NCBI GenBank assembly: GCA_002952755.1
Contig: CP025011.1
Coordinates: 300,001-332,000, forward strand
From: Candidatus Saccharimonadota bacterium
GTDB taxonomy: Bacteria > Patescibacteriota > Saccharimonadia > Saccharimonadales > UBA4665
Direction: 5' to 3'
DNA length: 32,000 bases
Positions 24,878 through 31,876 of the stretch are shown one piece after another. Position numbers and translations under genes: made by a program. Within the stretch, counting starts at the first letter, position 1. Every line of letters starts with the position of its first letter. The notes beneath the pieces were generated by a model. That model worked only from the letters and a program-made list of their open reading frames with translations. It was not told the DNA's origin and ran no database searches.

Positions 24878-25113
24878 ATGCCCTACCAAACGATCAAGGA
24901 GTTGCTGGACAGCGTGAAATGTGTGCTGCCTGACCACGCTAAAACATCTATAAGCAAGCGTTTAACAACGTTTGGCAACAATATAAAGATCGTGCTGAGC
25001 GCCGCCAGGACGCCAGCCAAGATGAGGCCGCACATCGCGCGGCCCGGAGTGCTGTTAAAGAAAAGTACGAAAAAGATGCGCAAGGCTGGCATACCAAACA
25101 TTACTGCCCTTAA
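24878..25113 (+). pseudogene. chaB: ChaB-family gene interrupted by a 1-nt frameshift in an A-run
   Basis: Frame 0 gives MPYQTIKELLDSVKCVLPDHAK, a ChaB N-terminus. The homologous continuation NIYKQAFNNVWQQYKDRAERRQDASQDEAAHRAARSAVKEKYEKDAQGWHTKHYCP* lies in the -1 frame from 24943 to TAA 25111-25113. The switch occurs at GCTAAAACATC (24938-24948). Confidence 0.75.
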
Positions 25114-25134
25114 TCAGACGACGAAAGGAAGCGT

Positions 25135-25524
25135 ATGGCCGAAAAACGCGACACAGATATCTTCACCCGTTTTACCACTTCTGTTTCTATAGGTATTGGC
25201 CGCCCTTGGGTATTCGTGATAGCGCTTGGCATTTTAATGCTATGGGGAATGAGTGGCCCCTTTTTAGGCTTTTCTGACACTTGGCAGCTTATCATTAACA
25301 CCGGCACGACGATCATCACCTTCCTGATGGTGTTTATCATTCAGAACACGCAAAATCGCGACCAGCTTGCGGCCAACATCAAGCTTGTAGCCATCATGAA
25401 GAAGCTCAACATTACCGCGGAAGATTTGCTCTGCGTCGAAGAAGAAAGTGACAAAGACTTAGAGAAAGAGAAGGCAGAGATTGAGCGTACCGGCCACAGT
25501 AAACGCGAGAGAACAACTCGCTAA
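25135..25524 (+). CDS. Low-affinity iron permease family protein (Fet4-like small membrane protein)
   Basis: F..F...V....G.PW.F......I..W......F.FSDTWQL.INT.TTI.TFLMVF.IQN.QNRD is the family signature. SD AAAGGAAG. Confidence 0.7.
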   Translation: MAEKRDTDIFTRFTTSVSIGIGRPWVFVIALGILMLWGMSGPFLGFSDTWQLIINTGTTIITFLMVFIIQNTQNRDQLAANIKLVAIMKKLNITAEDLLCVEEESDKDLEKEKAEIERTGHSKRERTTR

Positions 25525-25539
25525 GAAATAGGAGATGCC

Positions 25540-26436
25540 ATGGCAAAAGACCAAGCCAACTTGCAGAATCCGACTGAGCAAAACCCGAAGCCACCTTTCG
25601 ATACGCCGATGCAGGCCGAACCGGGGTTGGCCAAATATATGCATCCAAAGCCCGACCACGGTGAAGATAGCTATAAAGGCAGCGGCCGTTTGAAGGGCCG
25701 CAAAGCGCTGGTGACCGGCGGCGATTCGGGCATCGGCCGCGCCGTAGCCATAGCTTTTGCTCGAGAAGGGGCGGATGTGGTCATTACCTATTTGCCGCAG
25801 GAACAAATCGATGCCGATGAGGCAATGGAAGTCTTACAGGCAACGGGCCAAAAAGTAGCTGCAATTCCGGGAGATCTGACCGACGAAGCCTTTTGTAGAG
25901 AACTGATTGCGAAGGCAGTTGACGAACTAAGCGGCCTGGACATTTTAGCCAACGTTGCCGGCAAACAAATTTTCCAGGAGAGTATTGCCGATCTTACGAC
26001 CCAGCAGCTCCAAGACACCTTCGCCGTCAATCTCTATGCTATGTTCTGGCTATGCAAGTATGCGTTACCCCATCTGCCGGCTGGTGCAGCGATTATTAAT
26101 ACCACATCCATCCAGGCTTACCAACCGTCTCCAGGGCTACTGGACTACGCGCCGACCAAGGCTGCGATTAAAGCCTTTACTGAAGCATTTGCTAAACAAG
26201 TGGTTGAGAGGGGTATACGGGTCAACGCAGTCGCGCCTGGGCCTATATGGACGCCCTTGCAACCTAGTCATGGTCAAACTCCCGAGAAGCTACGCAAGTT
26301 TGGGGCCAACACACCCATGAAACGCCCCGGACAGCCCGCCGAGGTGGCACCGGCCTATGTATTCTTGGCCTCACCGGAATCGAGCTACATTACTGGAGAA
26401 GTGTTGGGCGTCACAGGCGGCAACCATCTGAGCTAG
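25540..26436 (+). CDS. SDR-family oxidoreductase (YdaD/YhdF general-stress-protein-39-like)
   Basis: The N-terminal P.Q.Q...PG.E..M.P.P extension, then KALVTGGDSGIGRAVAIAFAREGADV, NVAG, S...Y....DY..TKAA and PGPIWTP. Confidence 0.85.
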   Translation: MAKDQANLQNPTEQNPKPPFDTPMQAEPGLAKYMHPKPDHGEDSYKGSGRLKGRKALVTGGDSGIGRAVAIAFAREGADVVITYLPQEQIDADEAMEVLQATGQKVAAIPGDLTDEAFCRELIAKAVDELSGLDILANVAGKQIFQESIADLTTQQLQDTFAVNLYAMFWLCKYALPHLPAGAAIINTTSIQAYQPSPGLLDYAPTKAAIKAFTEAFAKQVVERGIRVNAVAPGPIWTPLQPSHGQTPEKLRKFGANTPMKRPGQPAEVAPAYVFLASPESSYITGEVLGVTGGNHLS

Positions 26437-26551
26437 TGTAGTTCGCCACGCAGATACATCCCCAATTGCCAAGTATATTCTGGCCATTTCCATTCTTACT
26501 ACTCATCTAGCCATCGCTCCATACACCGATCGAAACAATAAAGCCACGTGC

Positions 26552-27196
26552 TTATTCAGGGGTAGTGAGCTTACTGGTATTCACTTCGAGAATATTGACG
26601 CGTGGATGTCGAACCATTCCATCGTCTTGCAGCCCTTTCATTGCCACGGTAATGCTCTCGCGGGTGATGCCGGTCATGTCGGCTAGCAGCTGGTGATTGA
26701 CCGGAAAGGTGATGCGCCGCCATGGGCCGCGCCGCTCGGTACTATGGCGGTTGACCAGTGACAGTAGAGCGGCAAACAATTTATCACGAGCAGTACTTTT
26801 GCCGAGGCTGCTCAAACGCTGCAATATTTCATGCACCTCACCGGAGAACCAGTTCATAAGGTACAGGGCTAGATTACTGTCATCCCGGATCCCCTGAATG
26901 AGTTTTATTTGCGGCACTACATAGATTTCACAGTCGGTCAGCGCTTCGTAAAACCATTTAGCGGCAACAGTGCTGCCCGAAAAGAAAGCAAATGGAATAA
27001 CCGCTGGCCTTTTTACGAGCTGTAGCACTTTTTCGTTGCCTTGTTCGTCGACATCGTATATTTTGACAATTCCACTATGGATAATATAAACATCGGGGGT
27101 GCGGTCGCCTCTGTAAAGCATAATCTGCCCCTTGCGTATAGGCTTGCAACGCATATCTCGCAGGATGGGGATGAGGGGTGGCGGAAAAACGTCCAT
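26552..27196 (-). CDS. Crp/Fnr-family transcriptional regulator
   Basis: cNMP-binding beta-barrel (G..ML.RGD....VYIIHSGIVKIY..DE.GNE), then a C-terminal HTH (NHQLLADMTGITRESITVAMKGLQDDGMV). The 214-aa version starting at Met 27196 fits the family length. The 69-aa upstream extension in the track looks non-homologous. Confidence 0.75.
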   Translation of the reverse strand: MDVFPPPLIPILRDMRCKPIRKGQIMLYRGDRTPDVYIIHSGIVKIYDVDEQGNEKVLQLVKRPAVIPFAFFSGSTVAAKWFYEALTDCEIYVVPQIKLIQGIRDDSNLALYLMNWFSGEVHEILQRLSSLGKSTARDKLFAALLSLVNRHSTERRGPWRRITFPVNHQLLADMTGITRESITVAMKGLQDDGMVRHPRVNILEVNTSKLTTPE

Positions 27197-27436
27197 ACCT
27201 CTATTGTAACGGAGATGGAGCGATGACGTCACTGTTCTGGAGACTTCGCTGGTATTATGATTGCTACTACCAGCCTTCGGCGAAAGTAAGTGACAACCCT
27301 TTCCGGCGTCAACAAGGTCGAATATTACGTCGACAGCGATCCGGGCCATTCTTATGGTTGCAGGTGTGCTTGTTTCTATAAGATAGAGTTTGTTGCAATC
27401 CACGCCTTCACCGACCCAGTAATACTCGAAGGCAAA

Positions 27437-28912
27437 TTACCGATTCGCAAAGTATGTCTGCAAGAAGGCGGTTCGGTCGCTACCGCTAAGTTGCTGCAGG
27501 CTGTCTACAAAATCACCGACAACTGCTGGGGTGAGCGGACTCTTCTTGTCCTGGCCGTTAACCGGATCTGAGAATGACATCACAAAATCACCCAGTGGTA
27601 CATAAAAAGTACTCGGTTGATCTTTATTAAGCGCCTCAAAATACGGCAGGCGCGAGTCTGCGCGCGAAGCAGGAATATATCCGTAGACCTTGCGGCCCCC
27701 TGGTGTAGTCATAAAAAGTGAGCATGGGTAGGGAGCTGCCGATAACCGGGAGCTGGAGACTATTAGGACGACGCCGCTTCCGCAAGTAGAAGGTGGAGAA
27801 AAATTGACATATGAACCTCGGTAGGTGTACGCAAGGAGCATATACGTTTGGCTAGCCGAGGGGCCAGTGGCGTTATATTGTGTGATATAGCCAGGTACGC
27901 GACCGGGCACGCCGATAGTCGTACTGATTGCAGTAAAACGGAGCGCACCCGATCTATCTTTGGGCAGGTAGATCGGCACGTCCGACGTTTTTATAGCGGT
28001 TATGCGACGACTGCTGGCGACCTGTGCATCCGCTCTGAATGAATGCAGGAGCACGTAATTGACGAACAATGGCAACCACAGAATAGAGGCGGCCGTTACA
28101 CTGGCGATGCTCCAGGAAACGATGGCGACGCGCCGGGGTTTTGCTCCCCTCAGACCGAAAAATGCGGCTAGAGCAACCAACCCAGCGATCGCCATAGGAA
28201 TAATCCAATTATTCCAGAGCGATGGGTGGTATAGCCAGCGAAAATCAGCTGCATCCCGGGCAAGAGCGGGCTGCAAGAAAAAGAACATTCCCGTTAAGAA
28301 ACCAGCCAAGTAAAATACGGGCATAAAACTTTTGCGTAGCAATCCAAAAGATAGGAAGGCTGGTACTGAAAACAGGGTGACATCCACAAACAGCGTGATA
28401 GCTGTCGTCTTGGGGCAGGCTGTAGTAGCTATGCCGTTTTGGGTGCACACTGCCCACCTAGCAGGGAGTTGCTCGAAAGCAGTTTTGAACCAGAAGTGGA
28501 ACAGTGCACCTGCACCTGCTGCCAGCAATGTGATGCAGCACGCTTGCAGCAGCGTGCTATGATCGGCAGTATCATCGTAGCGCGGGACGGGTCGTTGGTG
28601 TGGTTGCGACTCGCGTTCTAAGGCCGTGACTCGGTTGAATGGCTCCGGATAGATATTCGTAAGGTTTGGCGAGCGCAGTTTTGCCTGCGGCGTATTTTTA
28701 GAAGGTAGGTCTGGTTGAATGGCTGCGGCCGGACGCGGTGGTGTTGGATCGGGCGAGAAATCTGACGCAGTAGGCTGGATAATCTTTTCGTGCCCAGCCA
28801 GTATCCGTCCCGATAGGTTATCGCTCTGCCGATCTGTTTCCGTTTCCGGCAGGGCAGCCCGACCAAACAAGGCCCGTGTATCTCTTTGCCTCGGACTGTC
28901 TTTTTTGCCCAT
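27437..28912 (-). CDS. Hypothetical polytopic membrane protein with C-terminal extracytoplasmic domain
   Basis: 491 aa: a Pro-rich disordered N-terminus of about 130 aa, five to six hydrophobic helices, then a Cys-containing globular C-terminal region of about 190 aa. No family recognised. Confidence 0.55.
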   Translation of the reverse strand: MGKKDSPRQRDTRALFGRAALPETETDRQSDNLSGRILAGHEKIIQPTASDFSPDPTPPRPAAAIQPDLPSKNTPQAKLRSPNLTNIYPEPFNRVTALERESQPHQRPVPRYDDTADHSTLLQACCITLLAAGAGALFHFWFKTAFEQLPARWAVCTQNGIATTACPKTTAITLFVDVTLFSVPAFLSFGLLRKSFMPVFYLAGFLTGMFFFLQPALARDAADFRWLYHPSLWNNWIIPMAIAGLVALAAFFGLRGAKPRRVAIVSWSIASVTAASILWLPLFVNYVLLHSFRADAQVASSRRITAIKTSDVPIYLPKDRSGALRFTAISTTIGVPGRVPGYITQYNATGPSASQTYMLLAYTYRGSYVNFSPPSTCGSGVVLIVSSSRLSAAPYPCSLFMTTPGGRKVYGYIPASRADSRLPYFEALNKDQPSTFYVPLGDFVMSFSDPVNGQDKKSPLTPAVVGDFVDSLQQLSGSDRTAFLQTYFANR

Positions 28913-29017
28913 CCCGTTTGTCCCTTTTGCCTTTATGATAGTTGACTTTAAAGATTGTGTCTATGGTGGCCGGGTATAGTGCTTGGTGGCACCGCTTGCA
29001 CAGGCCACCCTAGCATT

Positions 29018-29959
29018 TTACTTAGAACCGAAGTCCCCTCTATTTACTCCCTCTGGATAAATGCCGAGATCTGTTTTTCTTTTAGGGCCAGACAGTCGAG
29101 GGGACCTATGTTGAGAAAGGCCTACCGTAGGGACCTTCTTGTATGAATGGGGCTCGACCCGGCGCACATCCGGCGATTCAAACAGATATGAATCAACAAT
29201 ATCGATATGTTTTCTGCCATCCGGTAGACTATAAGCTATTGTAGTGGCCTTAAGAACCTTGCCAGGCTTCCCATTTCTAATGGCGGCATCTATTTTCGGG
29301 CCGTATTTGTCTAATAATGCTAGCTTGGCCTCACCTGCATCTTCTTGCATGTATAGCTCGTGGATAGCCTGCTGGCGCAATACGAATACGTCGCCCTCAT
29401 GGCGGTTATATTGAAAGGCGAAACGACCGCCGATAGCGGGCCGTTTTAGTAGATCAGTCAGATGGTCGCAGTCGCGTTGGGTTAGTTGTGCTTCTGGCGC
29501 ATCATTCGCAAACAATCTTCTTAGGTCCTGCGTCGCAATCACGCCGTGCGCGATACTTAACATACCTACCGCGTAGATAAGGGTGTCGGTTTTGGCGGCG
29601 GCCTCTGCTTGCAGAGCTTCAGAATGGGGAGCTATGCCGCGAGCGATTGCTCCCCAGGTAGGTGACAAGGTGCAATCTGGAGAAGTAGCCGGAGCAATCT
29701 CATAAGTCGTCGGATGCGAACCTCTTATTCTTCTTACCCGATCGCTAGCCTCAAGGCTGCTGCGAAAATCTTGAAAAACAGGCGGAGGAATCATGGTAGT
29801 ATTGGCAGCTGTTAGCAACAGTTCATGAATAGTAACCTTTGGCGCTTCGCCATCGACGATCCATTGATCCAGGGCCTGCCCCACTTGTTCGGGGATGTTA
29901 CCCGGGAAGTTCCAATCTACACCATCTTCGAATGCTTCCGCCATGTCATAAAAATACAC
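29018..29959 (-). CDS. Hypothetical protein
   Basis: 313-aa ORF with normal composition and a basic C-terminal tail. No motif recognised. Confidence 0.5.
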   Translation of the reverse strand: MYFYDMAEAFEDGVDWNFPGNIPEQVGQALDQWIVDGEAPKVTIHELLLTAANTTMIPPPVFQDFRSSLEASDRVRRIRGSHPTTYEIAPATSPDCTLSPTWGAIARGIAPHSEALQAEAAAKTDTLIYAVGMLSIAHGVIATQDLRRLFANDAPEAQLTQRDCDHLTDLLKRPAIGGRFAFQYNRHEGDVFVLRQQAIHELYMQEDAGEAKLALLDKYGPKIDAAIRNGKPGKVLKATTIAYSLPDGRKHIDIVDSYLFESPDVRRVEPHSYKKVPTVGLSQHRSPRLSGPKRKTDLGIYPEGVNRGDFGSK

Positions 29960-30081
29960 CCGGCGCAGAACAAGATCAAATAACGACGCCTAACGAACTG
30001 CGAGTAGCCAAAGCGTTTTCATATATGTTTAGTATCGGACGATGGGGGCCGGGCGTCCCAGGCCTAAGAATAGAAAAAATC

Positions 30082-30111
30082 TTGCGCAACAGAGGTCGCG
30101 TAGTGTACAAT
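30082..30111 (+). promoter_or_regulatory. Sigma-70-type promoter for tRNA-Gly (TTGCGC-18 nt-TACAAT)
   Basis: TTGCGC at 30082-30087, an 18-nt spacer, and TACAAT at 30106-30111. The tRNA starts 15 nt after the -10. Confidence 0.45.
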
Positions 30112-30125
30112 AGCACTCGTTACAT

Positions 30126-30202
30126 GCGGGTTTAGCTCAGTTGTTTAGAGCGCGTCCTTGCCAAGGACGAGGCCAGGGGTTAGAGTCCCCTAACCCGCAC
30201 CA
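30126..30202 (+). tRNA. tRNA-Gly (anticodon GCC), CCA encoded, atypical elbow (U19/A56)
   Basis: Acceptor GCGGGTT/AACCCGC, D arm GCTC-AGTTGTTTA-GAGC, anticodon arm CGTCC-TTGCCAA-GGACG, variable AGGCC, T arm AGGGG-TTAGAGT-CCCCT, then A-CCA. Confidence 0.85.
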
Positions 30203-30263
30203 TCGTAGTTCTAGAAGACGCTTCGGCGTCTTTTTTGTTTGAAAATAAGGTGATGAGAGGGCT
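30194..30263 (+). repeat. Repeat copy A (tRNA-Gly 3' end + terminator + AGGTGATGAGAGGGCT)
   Basis: Aligns by eye with 31802-31876: CCCGC..ACCA, GGCG(T)CTTTTTTGTTTG, AGGTnATGAGnGG(G)CT. Confidence 0.55.
30215..30241 (+). terminator. Rho-independent terminator after tRNA-Gly
   Basis: AAGACGC-TTCG-GCGTCTT hairpin followed by TTTTGTTTG. Confidence 0.75.
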
Positions 30264-30399
30264 CACATCGCGGGTGTAAACTTTATTTTCTGAAGTCCAA
30301 AAAAGCCGCCTGGAAAAACTAAAAGTTGACACTAAAATCAACTCTTACCCCTGTTAGGGTACAACGTTCAATCTACATTGTGCGACACGAAGTCCGTGA

Positions 30400-30408
30400 T
30401 GGTATAAT
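30400..30408 (+). promoter_or_regulatory. Extended -10 promoter (TGGTATAAT) 10 nt upstream of an SD-less ATG
   Basis: TGGTATAAT at 30400-30408, then 10 nt (ATTTAAGCAT), then ATG 30419. Confidence 0.45.
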
Positions 30409-30418
30409 ATTTAAGCAT

Positions 30419-31147
30419 ATGCAACAAGACCTGCTGGGCGTTACCACCGTAATTCAGCAAAAATACCTTGTATGGCATGGTCTTACTTTTGCTACGACCG
30501 ACCTACTCGCTTTTGTTTCATTAGCGATCTTGGCATATACTGCCGTTCAAGCGTTCAAAACGCGAAAAGCCACGGCGCAAGCCGCTATACTGACCGTACT
30601 GCCAATTCTCTTTGTTGAATTCGAGAGAACAACGGGTGGCATGAATGCAGAAGAGGGAATGCGCCTCAAGAACGTAGGGAGCGGCCCCGCATTCGACATA
30701 CACCTTGACGATGTCACAATAGAGTTCTTAGACATTAAAGATCGTTGGCGACTTAAGATGAATCTAAGGCCCGATCACCTACTGGCTGGCGAATCGCGTT
30801 TACTTGGTCGTCGGGTTACCGACCGTCAGGGCGCCATAGTTGATCAAGCAGATCTAATGACGTTCACAATCCGCAATCGTGAAAAGAAGCCGATAAAGCT
30901 CATTATCTATTTTCGGGATGTTACGGGGAAGCGATATGTCACGGTTGTTGATAGCGGGAAAGGGATTGCCCGAATAAGAAAGCCGTCCACACCATACGGC
31001 CTAGTGCGCATGGTTAAATATCGCCTTTTGTACCCGCTTTATGGTCTTCTTGGCAGGCCGATATATAGTATGCGCAGATGGCATGAGATGAAATACCATC
31101 CGAACATTTTTACTCATGCTCTGCACGGGTCTAAGAAAAAGAGGTAG
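30419..31147 (+). CDS. Hypothetical membrane-anchored protein (orphan)
   Basis: Long ORF (the track starts it at TTG 30326, which is part of a TTGACA hexamer). Met 30419 fits the promoter geometry. It has two hydrophobic helices near the N-terminus, a beta-rich domain, and a basic C-terminus. No family recognised. Confidence 0.5.
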   Translation: MQQDLLGVTTVIQQKYLVWHGLTFATTDLLAFVSLAILAYTAVQAFKTRKATAQAAILTVLPILFVEFERTTGGMNAEEGMRLKNVGSGPAFDIHLDDVTIEFLDIKDRWRLKMNLRPDHLLAGESRLLGRRVTDRQGAIVDQADLMTFTIRNREKKPIKLIIYFRDVTGKRYVTVVDSGKGIARIRKPSTPYGLVRMVKYRLLYPLYGLLGRPIYSMRRWHEMKYHPNIFTHALHGSKKKR

Positions 31148-31166
31148 CACATGTTCAGACAGCGAT

Positions 31167-31175
31167 TGCTATAAT
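31167..31175 (+). promoter_or_regulatory. Extended -10 promoter (TGCTATAAT) 10 nt upstream of an SD-less ATG
   Basis: TGCTATAAT at 31167-31175, then 10 nt (ATTGTTCATT), then ATG 31186. Confidence 0.45.
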
Positions 31176-31185
31176 ATTGTTCATT

Positions 31186-31278
31186 ATGGCTTTCCCTATT
31201 AACCACATATATGCACCGCAATTTAACCCCGAACTCAACTTTGCCGTACCTACATTAGGAACCGATGGGAAGTCATGA
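31186..31278 (+). CDS. Candidate 30-codon leaderless small ORF, ATGA-coupled to the next gene
   Basis: MAFPINHIYAPQFNPELNFAVPTLGTDGKS*. Its TGA (31276-31278) overlaps ATG 31275 of the downstream ORF. It is not in the ORF track because it falls below the length cutoff. Confidence 0.3.
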   Translation: MAFPINHIYAPQFNPELNFAVPTLGTDGKS

Positions 31279-31619
31279 GTGAACGTGCTGATGTTAAGTT
31301 ATCGGCATCTTTCCATTTTGAGCCAGAGCGGCTAATTGTGGCCCGTCAAAAGCTACCCTTAGACCACAGAGACTTTGTACCCCTGATGATCTTTAATCGT
31401 TCGTTCTCTATGTTGGAGCTGACACTAACAAACTTAGGCGGTGGTGCGGTTGTCATGTCGATCGGTAGGCCTTTCGGTTTTATGCAGGGCAAAGACAACA
31501 ACCGAATCATGCAGGAAACCCAAAAGACGGACGGGATTGTTTTAGCTCCCGACCAAGCGAACAAGGCAAGTGGCGGGCGACATTTGACACGCCTGATCCG
31601 CTCACAAACCTTGATCTAG
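31275..31619 (+). CDS. Hypothetical protein (orphan)
   Basis: 114-aa ORF with a GGGAAG SD-like element. No family recognised. Confidence 0.45.
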   Translation: MSERADVKLSASFHFEPERLIVARQKLPLDHRDFVPLMIFNRSFSMLELTLTNLGGGAVVMSIGRPFGFMQGKDNNRIMQETQKTDGIVLAPDQANKASGGRHLTRLIRSQTLI

Positions 31620-31801
31620 GCCTATTCAGTTACGGCGTTAGCTTTTACGCCGCGCATGCCGAAACCAAGCTCAACAGAGTACCCTAGCTTACCAGTGTAA
31701 CTCCCTCTCCTTATTGTATTGTTAGCAAATACTCCTGATATGGCACCGCTAGGATATCTCTACAACGAGCTATCTCTAAGGTGATTGGGTGTAAACTTTT
31801 T

Positions 31802-31876
31802 CCCGCGCTGTGCACCAAATGGGAGTAATCGAACGCTTTGGCGCTTTTTTGTTTGTCGCTGAGGTAATGAGCGGCT
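31802..31876 (+). repeat. Repeat copy B (degenerate tRNA-Gly 3' end + decayed terminator + AGGTAATGAGCGGCT)
   Basis: CCCGC-GCTGT-GCACCA, then GAACGCTTTGGCGCTTTTTTGTTTG, then AGGTAATGAGCGGCT. The hairpin stem is reduced to 3 bp relative to copy A. Confidence 0.5.

Noticed and set aside
24938-24948. Programmed -1 ribosomal frameshift in chaB
   Set aside because: GCU AAA ACA is not an X XXY YYZ slippery heptamer. Re-pairing of tRNA-Lys at -1 would read UAA, and no downstream stimulatory structure is evident. An indel or sequencing error is more parsimonious.
27197-27403. 69-aa N-terminal extension of the Crp/Fnr ORF
   Set aside because: The family-length protein (214 aa) starts at Met 27196, and the extension shows no cNMP-domain features. 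The SD for 27196 is weak (AGAGG only 1 nt from the ATG), so this is not certain.
30659-31463. Shared L-x-N-x-G-x-G-(P)-A motif (MRLKNVGSGPAFDI vs LTLTNLGGGAVVMSI) suggesting the two islet orphans are paralogues
   Set aside because: Only about 8 aligned positions with a gap. This is too short to claim homology without profile or structure comparison.
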